This document shows positions 37,619 to 50,539 of a stretch of 64,000 nt of DNA, in pieces. The notes beneath the pieces were generated by a model, which was not told where the DNA came from, did not search any database, and was given only the letters and a program-made list of their open reading frames with translations. The DNA comes from Camelus dromedarius. Lineage: Eukaryota. The DNA is taken from contig NC_087437.1 in NCBI RefSeq assembly GCF_036321535.1, forward strand, positions 63,490,001 to 63,554,000. The letters are read 5' to 3'. The translations under genes and the position numbers were made by a program. Each line of letters opens with the position of its first letter. The first letter of the stretch is position 1.

Positions 37619-38871
37619 CCCGTTGTCTGATCTTCTATTTGGAGCTGGGGAAACGGGGCATCAGAGGTCCAAGTTTCTGGTCCCAACTTTTGCCAGTCAG
37701 ATGTGTGACTTTAAACTCTGGATCTCTGTTTCTGCAGGGTAAAAGGTTTGAATTCAGTGGTCCCTAAAGCCTGGCTAGCCCTTGTTTTCTATGATCCATT
37801 TTAGAGGAATAGAGTAGGTTAGGAGTGCAAGAGAAGTATATAAAACCCAAGTCATAGTAAAACTGTTTTTTAGTTCCCATCAGTAAGGACGTTAGATCTG
37901 ATGTCTCAACTAAGAAGGAAGAGTTTTAGTAGGTCGTGGTACTCGGGGCAGGAGAGAGGAAAGAAGGCAGGAGAACTCTATCAGAATGAGAGAAGGATGA
38001 GGCTCTTGATCCTGCCCCTTCCCCTTTGGTTTTAATTTGGGGAGACCATTGAAGATGTTGTATGCCTTCTAACCTGAGGAGAGAATGACCTAAAGGCTGC
38101 AGCCCCTTTAAGTGTGAACGGTCCCGTGTACATTCTACTCCTGCGTCAAAGGCCAGTTTAAGCCGATGTGTGGTTTGGGCCCACCCCATACACCATAGGC
38201 CAGGAAGGATTCACTCTGGCCCCTTCTGCCATGGATGAATTGTTGACTGGGCCAGGCTAGCCCAAACTCTTAAAAGGGAATCCAGCATCCCCCCTGCTTC
38301 TCGCCAGCTCTCTGTACTATGCTTCTTACTTATGCTTCTTATTTGGAAAGAGCAGCGGTTCTGGAATTAAGAGAATGATTCTTATGTGGAGCCTTTTGAC
38401 CCTTCTAATGGTCAAGTTAAGAACGTGGTATTGTCACATGGTCTTGGATTCTAGCTCCACTGTTTTCTTACTATGGGGAAATTAACTTTCCAAACCTTAG
38501 TTCTCTTTCCCTAAACAGGAGCTAATGGCTGCCCTCTGGGGTTGTGTAAGGATCAGTGCAGCACTGGTGAATAGTAGGCACCCAATACATGGTAGCCTCG
38601 TGATACTCAAACCTGGTATTAACATCCTGAGAACTACTTGCAGAGGGAAATCCTTGCATGGGAAGTGGAGAAGGAAGCTTCCCCCTCTAACTTCCTTTGG
38701 TCCCCAGGGCCAAGAAACATCCTAGAGTTAGTAGGTCTGGGATGGGCTCAAGAATTTTCATTTCTAAATGCTTCCTAGTGGTGCTGATACTGGTGCATAC
38801 TGGGCCCAGTACTTTGAGAGCCAGTGGGCTAGTGCCTGTCCCTGCTTGTTAGGATCACACGCGCGCGCGCG

Positions 38872-39085
38872 AGAGAGATTCATTACAATAAATTGGCTCT
38901 CATGGTTGTGGGGGCTGACAAAGTCCCAAGATCTTTAGCCAGCAAGCTGGAGACCCAGGAGAGTGGATGGTGTTGGTCCAGTCTAAGTTGTAAACCCTGA
39001 GAATCTGGACAGCTGATGATGTGGTTTCAGTCCAAATGCTGGAAGACCCCAAACCCAGAAAGAGCTGAAGTTTCCGTTTGAGTCA
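38872..39085. mobile_element. MLT2-like ERVL LTR fragment
   Basis: gagagattcattacaataaattggctctcatggttgtgggggctgacaaagtcccaagat...gcaagctggagacccaggagag motifs. Confidence 0.7.
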
Positions 39086-39269
39086 GGTATAATATAACTA
39101 ACCTGTATCCAGTCCTTACTCGTGTTGCTGGCAAGACTGGGATTGGTAACCCTTAGGACAGGTGCCTCCACTGGTGCAGTCTGCAGTGGTACAGGGTGAG
39201 GTAATGAGCATAAGACGTGGCTGCCAGGTGGTTGTCCTTTTGCAGGCCCGTGGTCACAGCAGGTGTCAT

Positions 39270-39381
39270 TAGGGTGACCATTTATCCCCATGTGCCTGCT
39301 CTGCCAATGTAATTATAAATAGAGCCTCCTTTGACTTTCAAAAGAGTCCCACTTTGGATAATAGATTACATGGGTACCCTA
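39270..39381. mobile_element. hAT-Blackjack MITE (MER94-like); a second decayed copy lies at about 44600-44720
   Basis: Terminal inverted repeats tagggtgacca and tgggtacccta. Confidence 0.65.
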
Positions 39382-42300
39382 CCCTACCCGATCAACATGT
39401 CTGGTGCACCAGGCGGTGAGTAGAGCTTTAAAAGTGATGTTGAGAAATAAAGGGTTGTTCTAGGAGAAGAGGAGTAGCAAGAGCAATAGTTTCAGAGGAA
39501 GTGCTTAAAGTTCATTTTCATCTCTGAAAAATAAATTCCAAGTCATTAACCACTCTGCATAAAAATGCAACAATTAAAAAGTAATAAATAAGTGAACTTT
39601 AAAAATAATGAATATGTATTCTCTGGGGAATAGATTTAGCCAGGGGCTCCCTCCTCTTGGGAAGTTTTCTTTGAAGTAAATAAATAGGAGGGACAAAGAG
39701 CTAGTTCCCCCACCTCCTGTCTGGATCCAGCCTTGGCCGTCACTCCTTCTTCTATTACGTACTCTCTCCTTCATGCAAATTCTGCCTCCTTCACCTCCAT
39801 CCTGTGGGATTCTTTCCCCAACTGCCTCCCCTGGAAGTGACAGGTTCCGAGACCACCACTTTCGTTTCTGTTGAAGAGCAAAGACGTGTCCCCTCATCCT
39901 GAAATGTCTCCCAGGAGCAAAGAGGGAACCATCCGTAGCTCCATCCACCTCTCTGCGTCAGAAGCTGGAGGTAGAGCAGAGTAGTTCAGACAGGGATCCT
40001 GCCTTCTTGGAGCTTTCTTTCTACTCCAGAAGAGAGGCTATAAATAGGAAACTAATACAACTTTTGTAGTAGAATTAAGTGCTCCCTGACCATGTGTGAG
40101 AGAGAGCCAGGTGGCAGGCCACCTAGAATGGGAGGGACAGCAGAAGGGAGAGTGACCCCATGTCGTGGGATTTCAGGGAGAAGAGGCGCCCTAGTGACCA
40201 CTAGCTTAGCTGTCCTGGTGCCACTGAAACCAGCTTTCTCTGGTGGTTTTGAATTTGTAGGAAATGCTTCTCTGCCATCTTTTTTGCTACTACACTTTGT
40301 CAGGGATAGATTTCTCAGATCCCTTTTATTTTCACCTTGGACTGGATTGATGACATTTCGTATTTTGAGCCCATGTCTGTTTATATTGGTGGAGTTTTAA
40401 AGTATTCCTCAGGATCGTCTGTCATGATTCTTTTTTCCTTTTGTTGTTCTCTTATTCCTTTTGTACTCTTTTCCTGTATCTAAATTTTCTACCTTCTTAA
40501 AGACGCATAATTATATTCCACATTTGTATTCTTTATAAACTCTTTCAGTCGGTTACGCCCCCTGGTGACTCCTTTTTTCTTTTTAGGGGCATATGCCCTA
40601 CTTTTTTTTCTTGTCTAGTCAGAATCTTAGAATGCTCTGAGTTTTTGTCCTTTTCTGTCTCATCAAAGTGAACAATATAAACGTGGTAGAGACAAAAATT
40701 ATTCTTTTGCCCCACTAGTCTCTTTGCTGTGAAACAGCTGCATGTCAAGACTGCCTTGGCAGAAGCCTCATGTATTTGCTATATGGAGGTGTTAGATGAC
40801 AATGACTTGGTCTCATTCTGTTCTTGAAGAATGACTTCCAATTCTCCTTCTCCCTTCCCTCTTTTGCTTTCACCTTCCACTTTTCCTCTGTCTCTTTTTC
40901 TCTCCAAAATATACACCAGTACCCCTTGCTGGCCCAGCCTTTACCCTTGATGCTGCCGACTTTTCTTCCTATTTCTTACTCCTCCACCCCCTTCTCCCAG
41001 CTCCGCCTCCAGCCCTTTCCCAGTTGCTTATAGTTCTAGCCTCTTCTTCATTCATCAGACTTTATCGCATGGGCTAACTTTGTGCTGGGATCAAAGAGCA
41101 ACAAGACTTGGTTATCACTCTTAAGAGACTGACTTTCTTGACCTCATGTTTCATTGTTATGTTGCAATTAAGCATCATCATCAGGACATGTATGGGAAGT
41201 GATGACTGTGTGGTGCTATGTGGGAGACAAAATACTTTGTCAGATCCTTTCTGCAAGAACCTGGCTGGTCAGATAAAACAGACACATTAAAAGCTAAGTA
41301 AAAGCACAGCTCCAGTCACTGGGCAGCACAGGTTTATTTGCCAAATGATTGCCACATGGGCTCCGTTAGCTCGGTGGAGGACGAGACTCTGGAGGCTGAA
41401 CTGGTCTGGGATGTCCGCTTGGAAGAGGAGGGACTTGGCTAGTTCAGATTTGGATGGCAGGTTGTGATTCTGATGATGGGGACAGGGAAAAGTAGAATTA
41501 GGTACTGGGGGGGGGGAAGGTGAGGTGAGTAGACAGGTAGGAGTAGAGATTAGTGGAAGATAAAACTAAAGGATTGATTTGGAGAAGACTATGGGAGGTC
41601 TGGAGCATGAGGCCAGGCAGTTTTTAGAGTCATGTCTATTCCGAGTGTGAACGGACGATTCTGCCCTTAATCATTGCCTTTCCACTTTCATACTGCATGT
41701 GGCTCTCCAAATGAACTGCTCCTCTTAGCCACAGCTAGAGGGACAGACCTACTATGTGCTTGCTTTTGCTTCATGAATCTTTTTGACTCTACCTTTATTT
41801 TTCTGAAAGTGTGAGTTTATAACAAATATTCTGATCATAGATTTTTCACATGTTCCATTAGTCTTTGATACACTATCATTTTGTGTGATCCCCCAACAAA
41901 AATGGGTTGCTTATTAATTCAAAGAATTTTTCCAGAACAATGTTTAAAATTACTTTCCCATACAATGCACTTGCCCACCATGTGGCTTCTGATCAGACAC
42001 CTGTGTCGCAGCTGCAGCGAGTGACTCCCACTCCATCAGACCCAGAGTGGGGAGCAGCTCAAATCAGAGGTAAATTTCTCTTTGTTTCCCTTCTGATGAC
42101 TTGATACAAAATCAGTCCTTATGACTTAAATACTAAGGGGGATACCTGCTAATTGGCTTGGTGTTTGAGGGGAGAATCACAATGGAAAGTGACCCAAAAG
42201 AAGTGAGCTGAGATGCCTGGGAGTCTTGGCCTCCAAAAGAAGCCTCTAAAGGAAACAGCTATTTTTCTCTCTGCAGAGTATCTAAATTTCTCTTAAGCAT

Positions 42301-42585
42301 ACTTAAGACAGTTGAGAGATCACTGGCCACAATTTATTAAACTATCACCCCTCCAAGATAAAACTTCATGTCACTACTCCTTTGAACTCACTGGATAAGA
42401 TATATGACTACTTTCTTCATGAATGACCAGGAAGTATTTTGTCTTCTAAGTGGTGGGATTTTATTTCAACCCCCGAGGAAGAATTGGTTCTTCAGTGCGT
42501 CAATTTCCTGGAGCCCCAAATAGAACTCCTGAATTACCTACTTGGTGCTCTGGGATGACGTCCTTAACCTCTACGGAAGGATGTA

Positions 42586-42908
42586 CAATTGACCCTTGAA
42601 CAACACAGATTTGAACTGCACAGGTCCATTTATACCTGGATTTTTTTCGATAAATATAGTACTTGTATTTTCATTTTACAGATCTTTAAGTTAACTAAGT
42701 GTGGGGAAAGTCTGTGCAGAGATCACAATATGAGGAATCAAGAGAATGAGGGTTTGAGTCCTGATTCTTTTCAGTGGTTTCAGATTACGGACCTTAGGGT
42801 GAGTCATATATCAAGTCCTTCATTTTGGGGGCAGAGAGAGCAATACAAGGATTTTTCCACTGTGTAGGGTCAGCACTCCTAACCCCCATGTTCTTCAAAG
42901 GTCAACTG
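42586..42908 (+). mobile_element. Tigger2-derived MITE (TcMar-Tigger)
   Basis: Terminal inverted repeats caattgacccttgaacaacac and atgttcttcaaaggtcaactg; TA on the left flank. Confidence 0.85.
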
Positions 42909-43092
42909 TCCTTGTGATCGAGTGTCATAGCATAAGAATCACGTACATGTGTAGTTTCCAGGGAGAGTGGATGGCAACAGTGAACTCTAAAGCCCCCTGC
43001 CTGAGCAGGGACTGTGGAATGAACTGTTTAAATACAGTAGGCCCCCATTTATACAGTGACAGGCAGCCCCTGGCAGAGGCCCATTAACTTTT

Positions 43093-43347
43093 TTTTTTTA
43101 ATTGAAATATAGTCAGTTACAGTGTGTCAATTTCTGGTGTACAGCATGATGTTTCAGTCATGCATACACATACATATATTCGTTTTCATATTCTTTTTCA
43201 TTATAGGTTACTACAAGATATTGAATATAGTTCCCTGTTCTAAACAGGAGAAATTTGTTTTTTAATCTATTTTATTTGTAGTAGTTAGTATTTACAACTT
43301 GAACTCCCAATTTGTCCCTTCCCACCTCTCTTCCCCTGGTAACCCTA
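43093..43347 (-). mobile_element. Short L1 3' UTR fragment (related older subfamily)
   Basis: polyT followed by L1 3' UTR-like sequence; perfect 18-bp TSD agaggcccattaactttt at 43075-43092 and 43348-43365. Confidence 0.9.
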
Positions 43348-45421
43348 AGAGGCCCATTAACTTTTAACGTTATGACTTTAGTGGTCCCTGAGAAGACACA
43401 TCTGAAACCTTGACAGGTGACAACCCCCATCTCCTTGGGAAGGAGGGCATCCTGGCAACCTTGTTATTCTCCAGTGTCCCCTCCCCTCCCCTTCCCCAGT
43501 TAGTCACCAGATCCTGCTGTGCCAGTTATCATCTGTCTCCACTGCCATCCTGGTCCATCATCATTTTCCTCTTGTGCAAATTCCCAGTGGGTCTCCTTGA
43601 TTCTACCCATACCCAACTCTAGTCTCCACATTACTCTTAAAAATATCTTCTAATGAATTCAGATGGGATTTTATCACTCCCTCCCTTCTAATATTCCAGT
43701 GATCCACCTTTAAATTGAAATTCAAGATCTTCAACAGGCCTTGCTATGGGATGTCCCCTCCCCCATCTTTGAAGCCATCTGCCTTTCTCTTAAGCCTCAA
43801 GGTTTATTCTAGCTTTTATTACACACATCACTCTACCTCCTGAAGCTCTAGCTGATGCCTTATGCATAATAGGGACTGAATCAGTGTTTTAGCACAGATG
43901 CAGTCTCAAGGATCCCATCCCAAGGCAGAAAATTGTTTTGTTACCACACTTAGTCATTTTTTTTCCTTCCCTCTAGTTCAGTGGTCTATAACTTGTCTTG
44001 CTATGTTACAATCTCTTAAGATTGTTTCATTCTTTTTTGAAATATGTCTGCTCTGACATTTATCCTAACACTACTTTTTCTTTTCACTATGTTAATTTTT
44101 CCTTCTTGTTTCTTTTTTTCTCTCTTTATTGAGATATAATTGACATATAACATTGCTAATGCTGCTTTTTATTCTAGTGTCCACCCCTATACCTGTGCTC
44201 CTTCATTTTCCATGACTTACTTGTACAGAGTGTTTCATAATCATTCACTTTTAAATCCAAACATGCCTATGAGTTAGTGTAAGCATCTATTTCATTATAT
44301 CATCTAGTGTGTCTGAAAATTTACAAATTAAAATAGTCATGCATGAACATCTACATACTGAAATAAATATTATTATAATTTCCTTTTATTTCTCCTTTAT
44401 GTTTTAGTTAGGGCTTTACATTGATTTTCTTTTTGAAATTATATATATATATGGATAGTTAGAAGTGAATTTTGATTCAGCATGGCACAGAGGGAATTGC
44501 TAAATACCCATTATAAAAAGTGGACATTTGTTCTGGTTGAGTGAAGAACCACTATTTTAAGCAATCCTTAACATCTACTTTGAAGTTGCCTATAAATAGG
44601 AATGACTGCTCTCTGGTTTTCCTGGAACCGTCCTGATTTACTCCTGTTGTCCTGGCTGAATTATTAATTATCTCCCTTTCAGTGTCAGCATGCCTTTTTG
44701 GATGATAAATTAGATCATCACACACTTTAAGAAGCCCTTCTTCTTTTTACCATCGTGATCGCATTATTCCCCTCCTCGGCAGCATTCTCTGTGTCTACTC
44801 AGTCTTTGACAAAAAGAGCGAGGTGTCTCCACTGTTGAACTTTTCACTCCGAAGACCTGCCAGCATTCTCTTTTACTCGTCCTTGAAAAATGTCTGAGAT
44901 TCCTGTTTAAATACCTTCAGTGCCTTGGCCTTTTTTCCCCCTAACTCACTCGATCCTGTCTTCACCAATTCTCTTAACTTTTCTATCTTTGGCTTTTCTA
45001 CCTTAATCCTCTTTCTCCTTATTTTTCTACATAGTCTAGCTGTTCTGCCAGATTTTCATACTTTCACGAAATTAATTTTGCCTTATCTGACAATTTGCAA
45101 CTTCAAATGTTTGCCTATAAATAGACCCTGCTAGCTATTTTAGCCCACATTCTTTTTTGCTTTGATATATGTCTCTGGTGTTGACTTGAATTAAAATAAG
45201 CATTTCTCAATTCCATTTTTAGCTGACTGCTTTATATGTTACCTTTGGATCTTACCAAGAACTATTCTTACTCTGATATAGAAGTATCTCCAAGCAGCAT
45301 TCTTTTGCTATCCTTTGAGGAAATATCATATTTTTGCTTTTTTTTTTTTTAAGGAGTAAAGGAATTTTAGCCTTTGGATTAAGATGTCCAGCTCCCAAGA
45401 GTTTTAAAGATGCTCAGTCTG

Positions 45422-45843
45422 ATTTTTTTTAGTTGTGGTAAAATACACATAACACAAAATTTGCCGTTTTAACCATTTTGAAGAATACAATTCAGTGGCA
45501 GTAAGTACATTCATAATGGTGTCCACGCATCATCACTGTCTAGTTCCAGAAATTTCCATCACCCCAAACAGAGCCCCAAACCCACTGAACTGTCACTCCC
45601 CTTCCCCCCTGCCCCAGCCCCTGGCAACCACTCATCTGTTTTCTGTCTCTATGGATTTGCCTCTTCTGAACATCTCCTGTAAATGGAATCATAGATTTTT
45701 GTGTGCCTGGCTTTTTTCACTTAGCAAAAATTGTCAAGGTTCATCCATGTTGTAGCGTGTATTGTTACTTTATTCCTTTGTATGGCTGAATAATATTTCA
45801 TTGTATAGGTAGACCTCATTTTGTCTATCCATTCATCCATTGA
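45422..45843 (-). mobile_element. L1MB-type 3' end
   Basis: gtggtaaaatacacataacacaaaatttgcc...ccccagcccctggcaaccact...aggttcatccatgttgtagc; similar to 22600-23040. Confidence 0.85.
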
Positions 45844-48250
45844 CCAGTCTAATTTTTATCACATCTTTACTCCAACGTGAAATGAGTGGTATAGTAGCAT
45901 GACAAGTGCAGTGAATTGTACAGAGCTATTTTTTCCCACAGGAATCTTAGTGATTGGTGTGTGGCTAATTCTGTGGAATAGAGTATGTATAAGAGGCAAG
46001 AATGTTTTGATATATTTTCTTCTGGTCATTTTACTATGTTTGAGTATTTTTATTTTTACCTGATTATGATCACATTGAATAGAAAATTTTGCATGCTGCG
46101 CTTTTTTCCATAAAACTTGTTCATTTAACAAATATTTGAATACCTACAATACACCAGGCACTGGTCTCGATACCTCTGATAAATAGAAAGTTCTGGTGGG
46201 GATATGGTTTGGGAGTTATCAGCTTACAGATGATATTTAAAGCCATGGGACTATCTGACCTCCTGAGGGAGTGTCCATAGCACTGAGGGAGGACCCAAGA
46301 CTTCGCCCTAGGGCACTCTCAGAGATCAAGTTCAGTTCGAAGAAGGAAGGAGGCTGAGAACAGACAACCTGGTAAGAGCAGGAGAGCCTGCAGGAGAAAG
46401 TGCTTCGAAAGGGAGTGGCCCCTTGTGTCAAGTGCTACTGAGTGAGCTGAGGAAGAGGATTAACCACCAGGTTAGGCAAGATGGTGGTCGGAATGGAGCT
46501 CAGTGGAGTGGAGAGGTTCACGACCCAACCAGAGTGTGCTGGGGAGCAAATGATATGCTATTTAAGATATGTCTGTGTGTTTCATATACTCAAACACAAT
46601 TTGGTGGCAGAAAAAGATATCCAACTGTGCATTTTACTAAACCACTTTTTGTCTCCCTACTGTGTGACGTTTACGTTGTTCCCAATTTTTACTGTTGCAG
46701 ACAAGACCAAAGAGAGTAGCTTTGTAAGTTTTCTTTCCTGCTTTTAACATCATTTCCTCTGACTGGCGGTGCAGAAAGGAAGGAGCTGGCCTAAGAGCAG
46801 AGTGTCTCTAAAGCTTGTGATTCCCATTGGCTCAGATATTTCCTACAAGAATGGATGGGTTTGCGCTCCCCCGGTCATGTCTGAGGGGACCCAGCATCTT
46901 GACTGCAGTTGTCCATCGGGTCCTCCCAGAACAGCTCTCTTCTTTTGTCAGCTTAGAAGTTCTTTTAACCTCAAACAGAGAGCTGAATAACAAGAACTGA
47001 ACCCATATTGTGGGGAAAGAACTCTACACAGCTCACTAAATGGTTACGTTAAGCAGAAATGCACGTACAACAATTGCCAGCCTATATGGAACCACAACGT
47101 AAGTGTGAGGCTGGCATTTGCTATTATTCCTTTTCCACTGAGGTTCTGGTGAAACCTTAAACCAGATGTGGCTGAGGGAATTCCTCAGCCATGATCTTCG
47201 TCCTTCATCTCTGTGCTCCTATGCATTCATACAGATGTGATCAGTGCTGGAATGTAAGGAAGTTTCCCATATTCCAGGAAGCACCCAGCAAAATCTCCCG
47301 TTGCAGTTGCCTGCTGATATCAGGGAATGACTTCCACCCTCTCCATGCATACCTTGGGTGGGGTTTTACAAACACTTCCAGCTTGTGGTAAAAAGAGAAA
47401 AACTTCCAGGCAGATCATCTCAGAAGTGTCCTCCTCTCCCCCTCCCTACTCAAAAACACCCCACTGCTGTATAGTCACTTTCCGGTCACATTATGAGCTG
47501 TTTCTCCCCAGAAGCAGCAGCTGGATAAGGAAGCTGACCCCAGCTGCCTTGCTGGCTCTGCTATTTAACTGCTTCCTGCTCAGCACAGCAGCACCTCACC
47601 CAGGACCGGCAGTGCCTGGTGTCCTGCTGGTGCAGACTCCACACCAGCAGGACACCAGGATGAGCAGGTGTAGCTCATCTCCAGTGATCTGCTCCACCCA
47701 GCAGGACAGGTGCTGCTGTTTGCTGGGCCTTAAGTGGAAGGATAGAATGGTGACTGGGTTTCAAATGTGAATAGACGTGCTAAGAGAGATGCGTGTGCAT
47801 CTGCCCCTCTTCTCTTCAGTGGGGTCCTTTTCTGCAGAGGTCCTAATCACCACAGATCATCCCCAAAGTGGAAGGTCCAGGGGTATATAACAGCTCGGCA
47901 GAATGGTGGCATGTTCTAGAACAGGCAGACCTGGACGCTTCCCTGCACCATTATTGGCTCTGTGACTCAAGTGGACCATTTCTCACCTCTGAATCTCATT
48001 TCTCTCACCTGTTTAGAAAATAGAAAGTTAGTGTAATACCAGCCTCCTTAAATTATTGCGGGAAATCCATGTGATAATGTGTGTAAAGTGCCCACCTTAG
48101 AGCCTGATGCGATGTGGGCTCCGTCAGGGTGAACTATTCCATCCTTATCTCACCCATCCGCCTTGTTGACTCTTTCTGACTTTTGTTGCTCCAAATTGGT
48201 GGCTCAGATGGGACTTTTCAAACCTCTTTTTCTTTGTCTCCTACTTGCAG

Positions 48251-48299
48251 GGGGCTTTGTGAAGAAGCATGGGCAGCCTGTTGTTTCCAAAGCCTTGGG
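48251..48299 (+). CDS. MYLK: MYLK coding exon (exon 6 equivalent); 49 nt linker, phase 1 to 2
   Basis: GGFVKKHGQPVVSKALG vs recalled human GSFAKQLGQPVVSKTLG; acceptor tctttgtctcctacttgcag, donor GG/gtaagt; absent from the ORF track. Confidence 0.95.
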
Positions 48300-48639
48300 G
48301 TAAGTTATAGGATGTTCAGCCCAGGGTGAGGGCTGGACTGGCTTTTCTTGCTGCCTTGACAGAACAGCCTAGGGAGTAAGTCCTTTGAAGCATCCTGGGT
48401 TATGATAACTAAAGTGGGAGCCTCTTGGGGTGTGACGTGTCATTCACACAGCACCTCCTGACCTGGTGGCCTCCGTGGATAGCCCCTTTGACTGGTCCAG
48501 CTGCTAAATGCCGAGGAAATGGGCTACATGGCCATAGTCTGTGGGGATCACTAACAATCAAGGCAATAATCAGAAGACTTAAATAAACAGACTTAAAAGA
48601 GGCAATCAGTATGTGAGATTTCTTATGGCAAGTAAACCT

Positions 48640-49080
48640 ATATTGGTAAGGATAAGTAACAGTGGCTGCTGTTACAGACAAGCCCCCAGATCACAATGGC
48701 TTAACACAGGGAAAGTTTACTTCTTACTCAAGCAAAGTCAGTTCACATATTCTTGGATAGGTGGAGAACCTTCCCATTCTCTTCCAGGGACCCAGGCTCC
48801 TTCTGTTTTGTGGCTTCATCACCTCCTAGGCCTGGGATCCTCTGCAGGACTCTGCATCTAGCCAGAAGTATGGGCAAGAGAGAGCGTGGAAAACACAGGG
48901 GAGGTTTAATGGGTCCAGCCTAGAAGTGGCATACAGCACTTCTGCTTACAGTCTGTTGCTTGAAATCCAGGCTTTGGCCAGAGCTCAGTAGAAATCAGGT
49001 AGACCTGACTTCAGGGGAGGCTGGTAAATGAAATCTAGCTGCATGCCCAGGAGGCAGAGGACGTAGGTTTTGGTGCCACA
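48640..49080. mobile_element. Old MaLR LTR (MLT1J-like) in the intron between the 49-nt and 166-nt exons
   Basis: ggctgctgttacagacaagccccc...tggcttaacacagggaaagtttacttcttactca...ggggaggctggtaaatgaaatctagctg motifs. Confidence 0.65.
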
Positions 49081-49232
49081 GATTTTCCAAAGGGTGCATT
49101 AAAAGTGTGTTTGAGGCACAGAATTGGGAAGGCTGCCCTTTGCTGGTTTCTGACCACAACTTAAGTGATTTGGATGGGGACAGAGAAAAAAGGATCTTAA
49201 TTACTTTGGACTCTCTGCTGATTTCTTTCCAG

Positions 49233-49398
49233 GGACAGATTTGCAGCCCCTGCAGTGGAGACCCGTCCGAGCATCTGGGGAGAGTGCCCACCAAAGTTTG
49301 CTACCAAGCTGGGCCGAGCGGTGGTCAAAGAAGGACAGATGGGGCGGTTCTCTTGCAAGATCACTGGCAGGCCCCAGCCACGGGTCACATGGCTCAAG
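49233..49398 (+). CDS. MYLK: MYLK coding exon (exon 7 equivalent), start of second Ig domain; 166 nt, phase 2 to 0
   Basis: DRFAAPAVETRPSIWGECPPKFATKLGRAVVKEGQMGRFSCKITGRPQPRVTWLK; acceptor atttctttccag, donor AAG/gtgagg. Confidence 0.97.
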
Positions 49399-50373
49399 GT
49401 GAGGTTTTGTCTAACCTGACTGTGGCCCAGGCCTAGGAAACCCAGAACTTTAGGGTTAGATCCCTGGGCTAGTGGGAGTTTGGCTGCCCAGTCAGTCGCT
49501 CCTGTTTCAGCTGTGTATGGTCCTTGAGGTTCTCTGTGTGTTTGATAGCCATGCCTGTTCTTGTCCCTGTTTGCACACCCTCCTTCTGCTCCTTAGTCCA
49601 TGATGTCCTGTAATCCACACATTTACAGCATGAAATTTCCAAGTCAAGACAGATCTGGCTATCCTAGGAGAGGGGAATTTGCAGCCTGGGACTGGTTTCA
49701 AGCCACAGCTCCCTGATTCACAAAGCATTTGATGCTGGGCAAGTCATTTGATCTCTTAGAACCTCAGTTTTCTTATCTGGGAGGCAGAGATAATCCCACC
49801 TACCTCAAAATCCTGCATGTAGGAGTGCTTTATAAATCATTCAGGGCTGGGCCATGTCAAGGCAGAGTGGGGGAGAAGGCGGTGGAAGGGGAGGAGGAGG
49901 CAGCAGTGGGAGGGGGTCAGGTGGATGTCAACCGGGCAGTGAGGAGCCATAGGGAACACCTGAGGTCAAGGCCAGGGAGAGTAGATAGATAGTTCCACAG
50001 ATAGAACTCCTGGATAAGAATCAGTGATGGGATGCTTTTTACCTATTTCCTGACTCTCCTGTACTGACCCTGGGACAAGATAAAAGGAAGAGGGAAACAA
50101 AGGAGAACAAAAGTGAGGAAGGTAGGATTTCCCCCTCCAGCTAGGGCTCCTTTGAAACAGGGTCCATACACCTGTTCTAAGCTGGACTGAACTCCACAGC
50201 ACATACGTACACTGAGTCAGGGCCCTTGAGTTGCTCTAAGGCTGCTCTCTGAGTGTGTTGTCAGGGCCCAGAGCAGAGGGCCCTGCTGTCCATGCCTGGT
50301 GTCTTTCCCAGTTAGATTGGCAGGAGGTAGGAGGACTGAGCCAGAAGGTGAGCAGTTTCTCTGCCATCCACAG

Positions 50374-50539
50374 GGAGACATCCCCCTGCAGCCCAGTGCC
50401 CGTGTGTCTATGTCTGAGAAGAATGGGATGCAAGTTCTGGAAATCCACGAGGTCAGCCGAGATGACGTGGGCGTGTACACGTGCTTGGTGGTGAATGGGT
50501 CGGGGAAAGCTTCCATGTCGGCTGAGCTCTCCATCCAAG
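50374..50539 (+). CDS. MYLK: MYLK coding exon (exon 8 equivalent), end of second Ig domain; 166 nt, phase 0 to 1
   Basis: GDIPLQPSARVSMSEKNGMQVLEIHEVSRDDVGVYTCLVVNGSGKASMSAELSIQ; acceptor ccatccacag, donor G/gtatca. Confidence 0.97.

Noticed and set aside
39858..39870. ISRE-like actttcgtttctg
   Set aside because: Single imperfect motif with no supporting cluster or conservation evidence
50312..50347. Cryptic 36-nt in-frame exon (tttcccag/...AAG/gtgagc)
   Set aside because: Only 26 nt separate its donor from the real acceptor, too short to splice; joining it to the next exon would shift the frame; no homology support
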